In this document: positions 49,285-58,033 of the stretch, piece by piece
Layout of the letters: every line of letters starts with the position of its first letter
Numbering within the stretch: position 1 is the first letter of the stretch
Origin: Negativicutes bacterium
GTDB taxonomy: Bacteria; Bacillota; Negativicutes; UBA1444
DNA length: 64,000 nucleotides
Direction of reading: 5' to 3'
Assembly (NCBI GenBank): GCA_963665275.2
Contig: CAXXIN010000006.1
Span: 26,164 to 90,163, forward strand
Program-made: the position numbers and the translations under genes
Notes under the pieces: generated by a model
What the model saw: only the letters and a program-made list of their open reading frames with translations
Told to the model about the DNA's origin: nothing
The model's database searches: none

Positions 49285-49875
49285 TCAGGAGAACTCGTTC
49301 GATACTCGCTGGTAGTCCGCCTCAGTATCGACATCCCAAAAAAACTTCGCTGAGGCCACCGGTACCTGAAGCAAAGCTTCCGGATGGCCGGCTATGATTT
49401 GTCGGGCGCCTTGGTCGCCAGACAGTTGGCAGAGGGCACTCTTCCATTCGCGATAACCGAACAGGACAGGATTGCCCCGTTGCCCTGCGTGACAGGGACA
49501 AGTGATACTTTTATCCGAAGTCCGATAGGCGTCGATGAGAGCGTCGATAAGTTCAGGTGTGATGAGTGGCTGGTCAGCCAACAAAAACATGACGGCTTCC
49601 GTAGCCGGGGCGAGTTCCTTCAGCCCTGTGGTCACGCTGCCTGCCTGACCGGCTTCCCAGTTCCCGTTATGGATGCAAGTAAGAGGCAAACCCTCTACAG
49701 AAGCTCTCACGGCATCATCACCGGCGCCGGTTACCAGGAAGACAGCATCCAGGCGGGACTGACACGCTGCAGCAGCAACATGCCAAACCATCGGTTTGCC
49801 TGCCAGCGGAAGAAGTTGCTTGGGTTGCCCCATCCGGCGGCTGGCGCCTGCAGCCAAAATAATTCCTGCAATCAT
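49285..49875 (-). CDS. mocA: Molybdenum cofactor cytidylyltransferase
   Basis: ILAAGASRRMGQPKQLL, LADQP, GNPVLF, GDQGAR and DVDT. Confidence 0.88.
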   Translation of the reverse strand: MIAGIILAAGASRRMGQPKQLLPLAGKPMVWHVAAAACQSRLDAVFLVTGAGDDAVRASVEGLPLTCIHNGNWEAGQAGSVTTGLKELAPATEAVMFLLADQPLITPELIDALIDAYRTSDKSITCPCHAGQRGNPVLFGYREWKSALCQLSGDQGARQIIAGHPEALLQVPVASAKFFWDVDTEADYQRVSNEFS

Positions 49876-50658
49876 GACAACCTCGCGAAACAGTTTTGCT
49901 GGACACTACCAACCAGCGCAGATTGTATCTGCGGCTGTCCGGCAGCCAGGGTTTTTTGGGCGAGATGGAATCCGGCCCTGCACGCATGCAAGGACTCCGC
50001 CTTGTTAAAAAAACGGCACGACCGCGGCAGTATCAGGACATTGCCGCAAATAACCTTCTTTATGCAGGAGCACCTTTATAACGGCTGCCGGATCGATGGG
50101 CGCGCCTGGGCAGCTGCCTGTGATCCTGGCAAAGACTTCTGATCGGTGCACATTCTCATCATTCAATGGCTGGCCCAGCACATCCAGGCCGACGATCGGA
50201 ATCAGCAACGAAGTGCAGGCAGGAATTACCGGTTCATGGGACAGATGGGCTTTGAGGGAGCGCCCGGCGGAGCCGTCGCCCTCAACAAGAAAAATCGTAT
50301 CCGGGGAATAGCTGCTCAGTTGCTCGACCCAGTCGACGGGAATGCCGGTGAGCTTTCCCTCTGCAGGGAGCAACTTGCCGGTTAGCGTCAGGATCTGATC
50401 CGAGCCGTGATTTTTGTCCAGCATGGTTCTCGCTTCCGCCAGACTGACCGGTTGGACAAAGGTAAAACCGGTCTGCGGTTTGTTGCATAATTTAGTTGTG
50501 GTTGTCGTGACCGCCGCAATGCCGCGTTCGTGCAGACAACGGGCCCAGAGCTGCATCAGGCTGGTTTTTCCGCCGCCCCCGATGAGGGTGATCACTCTCG
50601 GCGAACCGTTGGCGAGGGCGAGGTCGGGCAGGTTGGCCAAATTGACATGTTGATGCAT
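49872..50658 (-). pseudogene. yqeC: Selenium cofactor biosynthesis protein YqeC, frameshifted as sequenced
   Basis: IGGGGKTSL, TTTTK, VEGDGS..LKA..HEPVIP; T7 run at 50007-50013 gives PFF*, while T6 would give PFFNKAE and a stop overlapping the mocA ATG. Confidence 0.8.
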
Positions 50659-50707
50659 GATGTTTACCCCGCTTTGATCGTTTACGAAAGAGAATAGGAG
50701 GCCATTT

Positions 50708-51553
50708 ATGAACAGACTTGTGATTATCAAAGGCGGCGGCGATCTGGCGACTGGAATCGCACATCGTTTGTTTCGTTCCGGCTTTGACATTCTGATTACT
50801 GAAATCGCCGAACCTACGGTGATCCGGCGGACAGTGTCCTTTGCCAACGCTGTTTTCGAAGGACGGATGGAAGTGGAAGGCATCACGGCATTCCACATGC
50901 GGCCATCAGAGGTTGAAAAATGCCTGCTGGAGAGAAACATCCCGGTCGTAGTTGATCCGGCCTGCAACATCGCTGCCAGGCTGAAACCCTGGGGGCTCGT
51001 TGATGCGATCCTAGCCAAAAAAAATACCGGAACATCCATAGGGGACGCTGCAGTAGTAGTGGGCGTAGGTCCCGGATTTTCGGCAGGTGAGGATGTACAC
51101 CGTGTTGTGGAAACCATGCGCGGTCATGATCTTGGGCGGGTCATTCTGCAGGGAGCGGCCTATCCCAATACCGGAATCCCCGGTGATATCGGAGGATATA
51201 CGAAGGAACGTCTGGTGAGCGCGCCCTGCGACGGGATATTCAGCCCCGAGAAGAAAATCGGTGATTTCGTAGCCGCTGGTGCAGTTTTGGGCTATGTTGA
51301 CGGGGTGGAAGTCCTCGCTTCCATCGACGGTATCCTGAGGGGACTATTATATCCAGGGCTCCCCGTTACCCGCAATATGAAGATCGGCGACATTGACCCG
51401 CGCGCAAAAGCAGAGCACTGCTGGACGATCTCCGACAAGGCCCGTGCGATCGGCGGCGGGGTGCTGGAAGCGTTGCTCATGGCAGAATCGTGTTTTCAAC
51501 TTCCCAGCGTTTCAAGCGGCAGTAGCCCCAGGGAGCATACAGGCCAAGTGTGA
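50708..51553 (+). CDS. yqeB: Selenium-dependent molybdenum cofactor protein YqeB
   Basis: IKGGGDLATG, IRRTVSF, ETMRGHDLG, KIGDIDPR and ISDKARAIGGGVLEA. Confidence 0.9.
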   Translation: MNRLVIIKGGGDLATGIAHRLFRSGFDILITEIAEPTVIRRTVSFANAVFEGRMEVEGITAFHMRPSEVEKCLLERNIPVVVDPACNIAARLKPWGLVDAILAKKNTGTSIGDAAVVVGVGPGFSAGEDVHRVVETMRGHDLGRVILQGAAYPNTGIPGDIGGYTKERLVSAPCDGIFSPEKKIGDFVAAGAVLGYVDGVEVLASIDGILRGLLYPGLPVTRNMKIGDIDPRAKAEHCWTISDKARAIGGGVLEALLMAESCFQLPSVSSGSSPREHTGQV

Positions 51554-51785
51554 TGAATGTGAGGATCAATATAAGCAGCCATTGAAAGAAGAACCCGATG
51601 CCGGTTCCTACGAACTGCAGCGGCTGTCCGTTCAGATAAGTATTGGAAGCGATCCAACGCTGTTGGGCCGAATAAGCCCAAGGAAAAAAGAGTCCAGCAG
51701 TGATGACCGAGAGAAATATTGTCCAGACCAGGAGCCATATGTAGCCAAGACCGGACCCGCGAAATTCAAACAAGCCACGACTCAT
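51477..51785 (-). CDS. Small DUF898/YjgN-like membrane protein
   Basis: Two repeats F.F.G.G..W..L..IT.GL(F/Y).PW. Confidence 0.75.
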   Translation of the reverse strand: MSRGLFEFRGSGLGYIWLLVWTIFLSVITAGLFFPWAYSAQQRWIASNTYLNGQPLQFVGTGIGFFFQWLLILILTFITLGLYAPWGYCRLKRWEVENTILP

Positions 51786-51789
51786 CCGG

Positions 51790-52140
51790 TTAGCCCTCCG
51801 ATAACTGCGCCCGTAAATTCGGGTCGATTATTTCTTCCCGGTGGCGCTGGGCGGCTGCAAGTTTTTCGACGTACGTGCTGCCTGAGGACCATATCTCCTT
51901 GAACTGCGCTGCGTTTTTGAACCCCGTGCTCCAAAGAAAAGCGCCTTTTTCTGTATAACACGCGAGCATAAGCGGAGCTTTCAGTGATTCCGGCACGCTG
52001 CCGTCCTCGTCCGTGATCAGGGCGTATTCTCCTTCCGGGCTTTCCTCAAATGACAGCGCCCTCAACCCTTCTTCGATGGGAATTTCCTCGAAGCCGAGTT
52101 CGATAAAATAATCAAGGATGGCTTGATTCTCCAGATCCAT
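51790..52140 (-). CDS. Hypothetical acidic protein
   Basis: 116-aa ORF with RBS GGGGAGGGAG; co-oriented with the DUF898 gene. Confidence 0.7.
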   Translation of the reverse strand: MDLENQAILDYFIELGFEEIPIEEGLRALSFEESPEGEYALITDEDGSVPESLKAPLMLACYTEKGAFLWSTGFKNAAQFKEIWSSGSTYVEKLAAAQRHREEIIDPNLRAQLSEG

Positions 52141-52323
52141 AATAGAAGTCTCCCTCCCCTAACTGCGTTTGATTTCATTGTATCGCAACTTTGCCGGATT
52201 TACAAAAAAATGTGGAATGTTGGTAAATATAGATTGCAGGAAATCGGCTGTTCTTGTACTATTAAAAATAGGTACGGCTTCGTGTGCGGGATCGATGGCT
52301 TGATTATGAGGAGGCTAGAGCGT

Positions 52324-52638
52324 ATGGAAAAATTTGATGGAGTGAGCATCGTCAAAAAGGCGAATATCTATTTCGACGGCAAGGTGACAAGCCGGACGGT
52401 GAAGTTCGCTGACGGGACTCATAAAACCCTGGGGATCATGTTGCCGGGCGAATATGAGTTTGGTACGGAGGCGGCCGAGGACATGGAGATGCTGGCCGGG
52501 GAGATGGCTGTGCTGCTGCCGGGCGAGTCCGAATGGAAAACCGTGAAAAGTGGTGATGCTTTTCATGTACCGGCGAATTCACGATTCAAACTGAAAGTTC
52601 AACAAGTTGTGGATTATTGTTGCTCCTACGCTGGTTAA
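52324..52638 (+). CDS. ppnP: Pyrimidine/purine nucleoside phosphorylase (DUF1255)
   Basis: [28 protein letters not shown] and DYCCSY; RBS GAGGAGG. Confidence 0.9.
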   Translation: MEKFDGVSIVKKANIYFDGKVTSRTVKFADGTHKTLGIMLPGEYEFGTEAAEDMEMLAGEMAVLLPGESEWKTVKSGDAFHVPANSRFKLKVQQVVDYCCSYAG

Positions 52639-52655
52639 ATTTGAGCCGGAAATAT

Positions 52656-52682
52656 TAAGTTTCAGTTTGATTTTATCGATAA
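52656..52682 (+). promoter_or_regulatory. Sigma-28 (FliA/SigD)-like promoter
   Basis: TAAG-N15-ATCGATAA. Confidence 0.5.
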
Positions 52683-52721
52683 TCTTGATGACACCACATA
52701 GAATCAATGGAGGTGATCATT

Positions 52722-52925
52722 ATGGCGGTCGACGATTTCTTGGTACCGCCGGTTGAAAGAAATTTGATGCATTTGGTAGTGCGTCAGGTCAGACCGAAAG
52801 AAGAGCGGGACAAAGGGAAAAGCCCTTACAAGCAACCAGACTTCGGAGGCCGGGATAAAAAGAAAGCGCCAGCGCCGGCCACAGACAACTGTGTATCCGG
52901 AAGTAAAGTTGATTGCAAGGTTTAG
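52722..52925 (+). CDS. 67-aa hypothetical protein
   Basis: RBS GGAGGTGA; ends GSKVDCKV; followed by hairpin and T-run at 52924-52949. Confidence 0.6.
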   Translation: MAVDDFLVPPVERNLMHLVVRQVRPKEERDKGKSPYKQPDFGGRDKKKAPAPATDNCVSGSKVDCKV

Positions 52926-53041
52926 AGCCGTAGCGGGCTCTTTTTTTTTAGCTTGGGAAAAGAAGGAATATTCTAAGTTTTGTAGAAGAAAAACACAGGT
53001 AACTGCTATAGACACAAAATGTGGGGGAGGGTATCTGGACC

Positions 53042-53755
53042 ATGAACTTGACAACTGTGCGACGGGTCTTGGTTTTTGCTTTTGTGGTGGTAGTGCTGGT
53101 AAGTCTTCTCGGCTGCGGCGGCGACAAGAAGGATACCCCGGCCTCGACGAATGCACCGGTTAAACCAGCTGCTACGCAGGAAGAAACGATCCAGTCGATT
53201 TTCGCCAAGGCCAAACAGACTCCCGGCATGACTTATGATTCGGTAGTCACGATGAAGGAAATGACGCTGAACAGCCGGGTGTGGGCAGAACGGGGCAAAG
53301 TGAAAATGGAACAGACCGTTCAGGGGCGAAAATCTGTGATGTATTTTGATGGAGAAGACATGGTTCAATACGACCCAGCGTCTAATCTCGCGATGAAATT
53401 TTCAACGAAGGGGATGGAAGGGAAAGGTCCCCGAAAACCTGATACGGCGGATTATACGGAGCATATGGCTCCGGATTCGATGAAAGTGATTGAGAATGTC
53501 GTTTATGACGGGGTGAAGTGTCGTGTTATTTCCTACAAGATGAAAGACAGCGACGGAACCGTAAAGATGTGGGTTCGGGAAGACTACGGCCTTCCCATGC
53601 GTACTGAAATGACCACCAAAGACGGAGAAAAAATTGTTACCGAAAACAAGAACATGAAGATCGGCGCATTGCCACCCGAGACCTTTAAATTGCCTGACGG
53701 CGCTCAGATCAAAGATATGAGCGAAATGATGAAAAGGTTGCCGCAAAAGCCGTAG
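53042..53755 (+). CDS. Lipoprotein with LolA-like (DUF4412/DUF2092-type) domain
   Basis: Lipobox LLGC; YDGVKC.VI..KMWV..YGLPMR..TFKLP. Confidence 0.75.
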   Translation: MNLTTVRRVLVFAFVVVVLVSLLGCGGDKKDTPASTNAPVKPAATQEETIQSIFAKAKQTPGMTYDSVVTMKEMTLNSRVWAERGKVKMEQTVQGRKSVMYFDGEDMVQYDPASNLAMKFSTKGMEGKGPRKPDTADYTEHMAPDSMKVIENVVYDGVKCRVISYKMKDSDGTVKMWVREDYGLPMRTEMTTKDGEKIVTENKNMKIGALPPETFKLPDGAQIKDMSEMMKRLPQKP

Positions 53756-53852
53756 TCGGAGAGAGACCGCCCGCAGAACAAAGCCGGGCGGTCTTTTCCT
53801 AGATCGTAGGAGCAGCCAGCACAATAATATTGTGCGTTACCATCGTTCACTA

Positions 53853-53880
53853 GCAGGAAAAAGCTGATGCAGCGCGAATA
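53853..53880 (+). promoter_or_regulatory. SigH-like promoter
   Basis: GCAGGA-N17-GAATA, close to the SigH consensus. Confidence 0.6.
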
Positions 53881-53933
53881 CATAGTAAGTGGTAAAGACT
53901 GTGAAGAACCAACCGAAGGAGAGATGAACGGGC

Positions 53934-54809
53934 ATGAAAACGCTGCAAGCCTTAGTGGCATTGTGTTTGGTTGGAGTAGTCTGCATTTTTTCGTTTTCGC
54001 CTGTAGGGTTTGCCGCTCCTTCAACGGTGGAAGAACGGTATAAAAATTTTTATTCTGACGGTTGGTTTGGCACTTATGCATTGAGAGAATTTGATAAGGT
54101 TGCTCCGGCGCCCGGAGTGAACTGGTTCGTCGACGATGCACAGGATTGGCTGGCGCGGGCGCAGCGTGACGGTTGGGAAGTTAAGCATAAGCCCTCCGAA
54201 GCAGTTAGCGGGGCGATCATACTCGGCTACCACGAAGGGTTGGTCTGGGTAGGGATTGCCCGTGAAGTAACGGACAAGGGCCTGATATTTGAAACGGTCA
54301 TGGGTGGCGACGGTAAGCCGGCGCGCTACTGGATGAAGTTCGCCGAACTCTCGACCGCTATTCATTTTCAAGGCTGTATTTTGCCACAGAGAATTCCTGC
54401 AGCGAAAACGGTAAGCCCGATGGCGGACTATAAATCTGCCAGAGGTTTTACCGGGGCCGCATGGCCTGTCCAGGAATTTGATAAAGTGGCGCCCAAGCCT
54501 GGGTTTAACTGGCAGGGGCCAGAGAAGGACTGGGCTGGGGAAGCAGAGAAACAGGGTTGGGTGGTGGGCCGAAAACCATCCGCCGTCAAAAAAGGAAGTT
54601 TGTTGATTTTTTACAACCCGGATTCGCAAAAAACCAAGATGGCATTTATACGAGAAGTCTTGGATGGCACTCTTGTTTTTGAGTTTGTCGATCCACCCTA
54701 TAGCCGAGTGATTACTGCACGGCTAAAAATCGATCAACTGATGGACAAAAATGTATTTGGCGGATTCGTTTTCAACGCGGTTATTTTACCTGAACGAAAA
54801 GGCAGGTAA
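53934..54809 (+). CDS. Secreted protein with two tandem CHAP-like domains lacking catalytic Cys/His
   Basis: Signal peptide; internal duplication EFDKVAP.PG.NW...DW...A...GW.V..KPS. Confidence 0.65.
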   Translation: MKTLQALVALCLVGVVCIFSFSPVGFAAPSTVEERYKNFYSDGWFGTYALREFDKVAPAPGVNWFVDDAQDWLARAQRDGWEVKHKPSEAVSGAIILGYHEGLVWVGIAREVTDKGLIFETVMGGDGKPARYWMKFAELSTAIHFQGCILPQRIPAAKTVSPMADYKSARGFTGAAWPVQEFDKVAPKPGFNWQGPEKDWAGEAEKQGWVVGRKPSAVKKGSLLIFYNPDSQKTKMAFIREVLDGTLVFEFVDPPYSRVITARLKIDQLMDKNVFGGFVFNAVILPERKGR

Positions 54810-54829
54810 AGGCAAGGAGGCGACTTCCT

Positions 54830-55954
54830 TTGTCAAACTACGTTAATAAACGGCTGGCTATCGATGATTTGGTTCCAGGCATGTGCTTGGGAAAAATGAT
54901 TGTAACGGATGACGGCAAGAACTTCCTGAATGAAGGCGCCGTTTTAACCTTGCGCGTGATTCAAATGCTCCAGCTGTGGGGATTACGCTATGTGGACATC
55001 CGCGAAGAAGCTCCCGCAGGAGTCTTGGGGCGCCCAACGGGAGACCCTGAACCGGTGTGCCGGATAAAGACGCAGAAAGAACCAGAAGTCAAGGTCCAGA
55101 TCCCCGCAGGGTTTCTGGCATATTATGAAGCGGCTGTTCAAGTGCTGAAGGGAACTTTTGGTCGGGCTCGCTTCCTCAAAGATGGTTTTGAGGTTACAGA
55201 TGTGCGTCAGATGGTTGAGGAATGTGTGTTGCCGTTGATTGAAGATTCAGCGGTATTGGACAACCTTCAAATGATGCCGCATCCTGAAGATTACCTTTAT
55301 CACCATTCCGTTGATGTGGGTATCCTGTCCGGTTGCTTGGGACTCTGGCTCGGTCGGCCTTTTCGCGAACTTGAAGAGATCATTTTGGGGGCTTTGCTCC
55401 ATGATGTGGGAAAAGCGCTGATTCCATTGAAGGTGTTGAACAAACCCGGCGCCTTGACAGAGGACGAAATGGCTTTGATGCGATTCCACCCCGTGAGAGG
55501 CTATAATTTTCTCAAACTGAATCGAGAGTTGCCCCGCAGTATATTGCTGTGTGCGTTGCAACACCATGAACGAATGGATGGTAGCGGATATCCGCTGTCC
55601 GTTACAGGGGATAAAATTCATCCATATGCCAAAACAATTGCGGTGGCCGATGTATTTGACGCGATCACGTCAGCGCGGAGCTACGGACGCAAAGTCACTC
55701 CGTATGAAGCTGTGGCGGTTTTGCAGTATGAAATGCTGGGAAAACTGGATTCCCGAACTTGTTCGGTTTTGGTAGATCACCTGATTCCGCGTTTCGTGGG
55801 AGATTTTGTGGAGTTAAGCAACGGACAGCTTGGCGAGGTGATTTTTCTCAATGTCGCTGACAGTTCCCGACCTACAGTTAGGACGACCGATGGTGAATTT
55901 GTTGATCTGGATAAATGCAGAACTCTGTCAATCAGCAAAGTGCTTCGTACGTAG
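54830..55954 (+). CDS. HD-GYP phosphodiesterase
   Basis: HSVDV, LLHDVGK, HHERMDGSGYP and ADVFDA. Confidence 0.9.
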   Translation: MSNYVNKRLAIDDLVPGMCLGKMIVTDDGKNFLNEGAVLTLRVIQMLQLWGLRYVDIREEAPAGVLGRPTGDPEPVCRIKTQKEPEVKVQIPAGFLAYYEAAVQVLKGTFGRARFLKDGFEVTDVRQMVEECVLPLIEDSAVLDNLQMMPHPEDYLYHHSVDVGILSGCLGLWLGRPFRELEEIILGALLHDVGKALIPLKVLNKPGALTEDEMALMRFHPVRGYNFLKLNRELPRSILLCALQHHERMDGSGYPLSVTGDKIHPYAKTIAVADVFDAITSARSYGRKVTPYEAVAVLQYEMLGKLDSRTCSVLVDHLIPRFVGDFVELSNGQLGEVIFLNVADSSRPTVRTTDGEFVDLDKCRTLSISKVLRT

Positions 55955-55985
55955 GGGTTAAGGTATTCATGGAGGAATCGAGTAA

Positions 55986-57059
55986 GTGCTGAAACGGCAG
56001 GTAACCAAATACAGCGTGAGCGAGCTGCAGGCAGGTATGATCGTTGCAGAGCTCATGGCCTCGGATGACGGTAAGTCTATCCTGGGCGAGGGAACCGTTT
56101 TAACGGATAATCGGATCCGCCTCCTGCGTCAATGGGGGGTCGGTCAAGTTTCTATCCTCGTTCCTGAAACTAAGATTGAAATTAATCAGGATGTTCCCTG
56201 GTCTTACGACAGGGTGGCATTTAATGCGTATTATAAGGAAACGGTGGATCTGGTCAAGACTGCCTTCAATTCTATCAGCCTGTTTCGCGAAGTGCCTGTG
56301 GCCAGGATGCAAGAACTGGCCAATGAGAAGCTCGATCCGTTGGTGGATGCGCCGGGCGTGATGAATCACATGTTGATGATTCGCCATACGGATGACTATA
56401 CCTTTGAACATTCGGTCAATGTGGCGGTGTTGTCTGGTGTGATCGGAAAATGGATGGGGATTCAGGGACAGAATCTGCGCGATTTGATTTTTGCAGGCTT
56501 GATGCATGATATCGGCAAGAGCCAGGTTCCTGTTGCGATTTTGAACAAGCCTGGGAAGCTATTGCCGGACGAAATGGAAATCATGAAAATGCATACGACT
56601 AAGGGGTATTACTTGCTGAAAGAGGTCCCCAAGGTGCCGCTGGTGGTAATGTGGTCGGTTCTGCAGCATCATGAGCGGATGGATGGCAGCGGATATCCGC
56701 TGCGATTGCAGGGGAAGAACATTCATGAGTTCGCCCGGATTATTTCCGTGGCTGATATCTATGATGCCATGACATCGGACCGGATATACAGACGTCGCAC
56801 AACACCCTACCACGTGATTGAGAGCCTCTTCCAACAGATGTTCGACGCGTTGGATGTCTCAGTTTGCAGCAAATTTTTGTTTCATATTAAAGATTATATG
56901 ACCGGTAGCGTCGTTTTGTTGAGTGACGGCAGACAGGCGGAAATCGTTCATCCGGGTGCATTTCCGGTAGGCCTGCCGCTGGTCAAAACATCCGATGGTC
57001 AATTCATTAATTTGGAGCAAAGCCGTGCTATTAAAATCTATGGACTGATTAGCGCTTGA
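55986..57059 (+). CDS. HD-GYP phosphodiesterase
   Basis: HSVNV, MHDIGK, HHERMDGSGYP and ADIYDAM. Confidence 0.9.
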   Translation: MLKRQVTKYSVSELQAGMIVAELMASDDGKSILGEGTVLTDNRIRLLRQWGVGQVSILVPETKIEINQDVPWSYDRVAFNAYYKETVDLVKTAFNSISLFREVPVARMQELANEKLDPLVDAPGVMNHMLMIRHTDDYTFEHSVNVAVLSGVIGKWMGIQGQNLRDLIFAGLMHDIGKSQVPVAILNKPGKLLPDEMEIMKMHTTKGYYLLKEVPKVPLVVMWSVLQHHERMDGSGYPLRLQGKNIHEFARIISVADIYDAMTSDRIYRRRTTPYHVIESLFQQMFDALDVSVCSKFLFHIKDYMTGSVVLLSDGRQAEIVHPGAFPVGLPLVKTSDGQFINLEQSRAIKIYGLISA

Positions 57060-57154
57060 TTTGTTACAATTCATTACATGACAGGGAGCTTTTGCAGCCG
57101 CCGTTGCTACCCAGCACGGTGGCTGCCTTTTACGACAGTATTAAGGAGGATTCT

Positions 57155-58021
57155 ATGCGTATTTGTGAACTTTTCAATGTCAAAAAACCGGTGGTGTCTT
57201 GCGAGATCTTTCCACCGAAGCATGATTATCCGATCGAGACGATATTTGCGACTCTGGAGGGCCTCAGTGAGCTGAAACCCGATTATATCAGCGTTACCTA
57301 CGGTGCTGGCGGAAGTTCCTGCACTCGTTCGGTCCAGATCGCATCCAAAATCAAAAACGAGTTTGGCGTAGAAACATTGGCTCATCTCACCTGCGTGGGA
57401 GCCGACCGTCAGGCGACCGATGAAGTTCTGACGCAATTGCATCAGGAGAATATCAGCAATGTTCTGGCTCTGCGCGGGGATCTGCCGCCGGAAGTTCCCT
57501 GCGCCAGCGGGGGTGAATATCACGAATATGCCAAAGACCTGATTGCGCATATTCAACTTAATCATGAATTTTGCGTCGCCGCCGCTGTTTATCCGGAAGG
57601 ACATCCGAGATGCCCGGATCTGGCTACGGACAGGGAACATCTGAGGCAAAAAGTTGAGGCAGGCGCGGATTTTTTAATTACGCAGCTATTCTTTAACAAT
57701 CAGCTGTTTTATTCAATGATGGAGCAATTGGACAAGCTCGCAATTAAGATTCCTGTAACTGCCGGCATCATGCCGGTTCTCAATGCCGCCCAGGTTCGCC
57801 GGATGACCGAATTGTGCGGCGCTTCCATTCCACGGCGGCTATCCGAACTATTGCACAAATATGGCGAGAACCCGGGGGACATGGAAAAAGCCGGAATCGA
57901 GTATGCCTGCAATCAAATTGTCGACTTGGTTGAGCATGGCGTTGCCGGGATTCATCTGTACTCCATGAATAAACCCCGGCAGACGGCGGAAATATTGCGA
58001 CAGACCGGTTTGCGCCGCTAA
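57155..58021 (+). CDS. metF: 5,10-methylenetetrahydrofolate reductase
   Basis: EIFPPK, SVTYGAGG, AHLTCV, LALRGD, ITQLFF and HLYSMN. Confidence 0.93.
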   Translation: MRICELFNVKKPVVSCEIFPPKHDYPIETIFATLEGLSELKPDYISVTYGAGGSSCTRSVQIASKIKNEFGVETLAHLTCVGADRQATDEVLTQLHQENISNVLALRGDLPPEVPCASGGEYHEYAKDLIAHIQLNHEFCVAAAVYPEGHPRCPDLATDREHLRQKVEAGADFLITQLFFNNQLFYSMMEQLDKLAIKIPVTAGIMPVLNAAQVRRMTELCGASIPRRLSELLHKYGENPGDMEKAGIEYACNQIVDLVEHGVAGIHLYSMNKPRQTAEILRQTGLRR

Positions 58022-58033
58022 AAATTTCGTTTC

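Noticed and set aside
50659-51117. Long N-terminal extension of yqeC in the ORF track
   Set aside because: It is antisense to yqeB; the likely real start is ATG 50658 after CGGGGT
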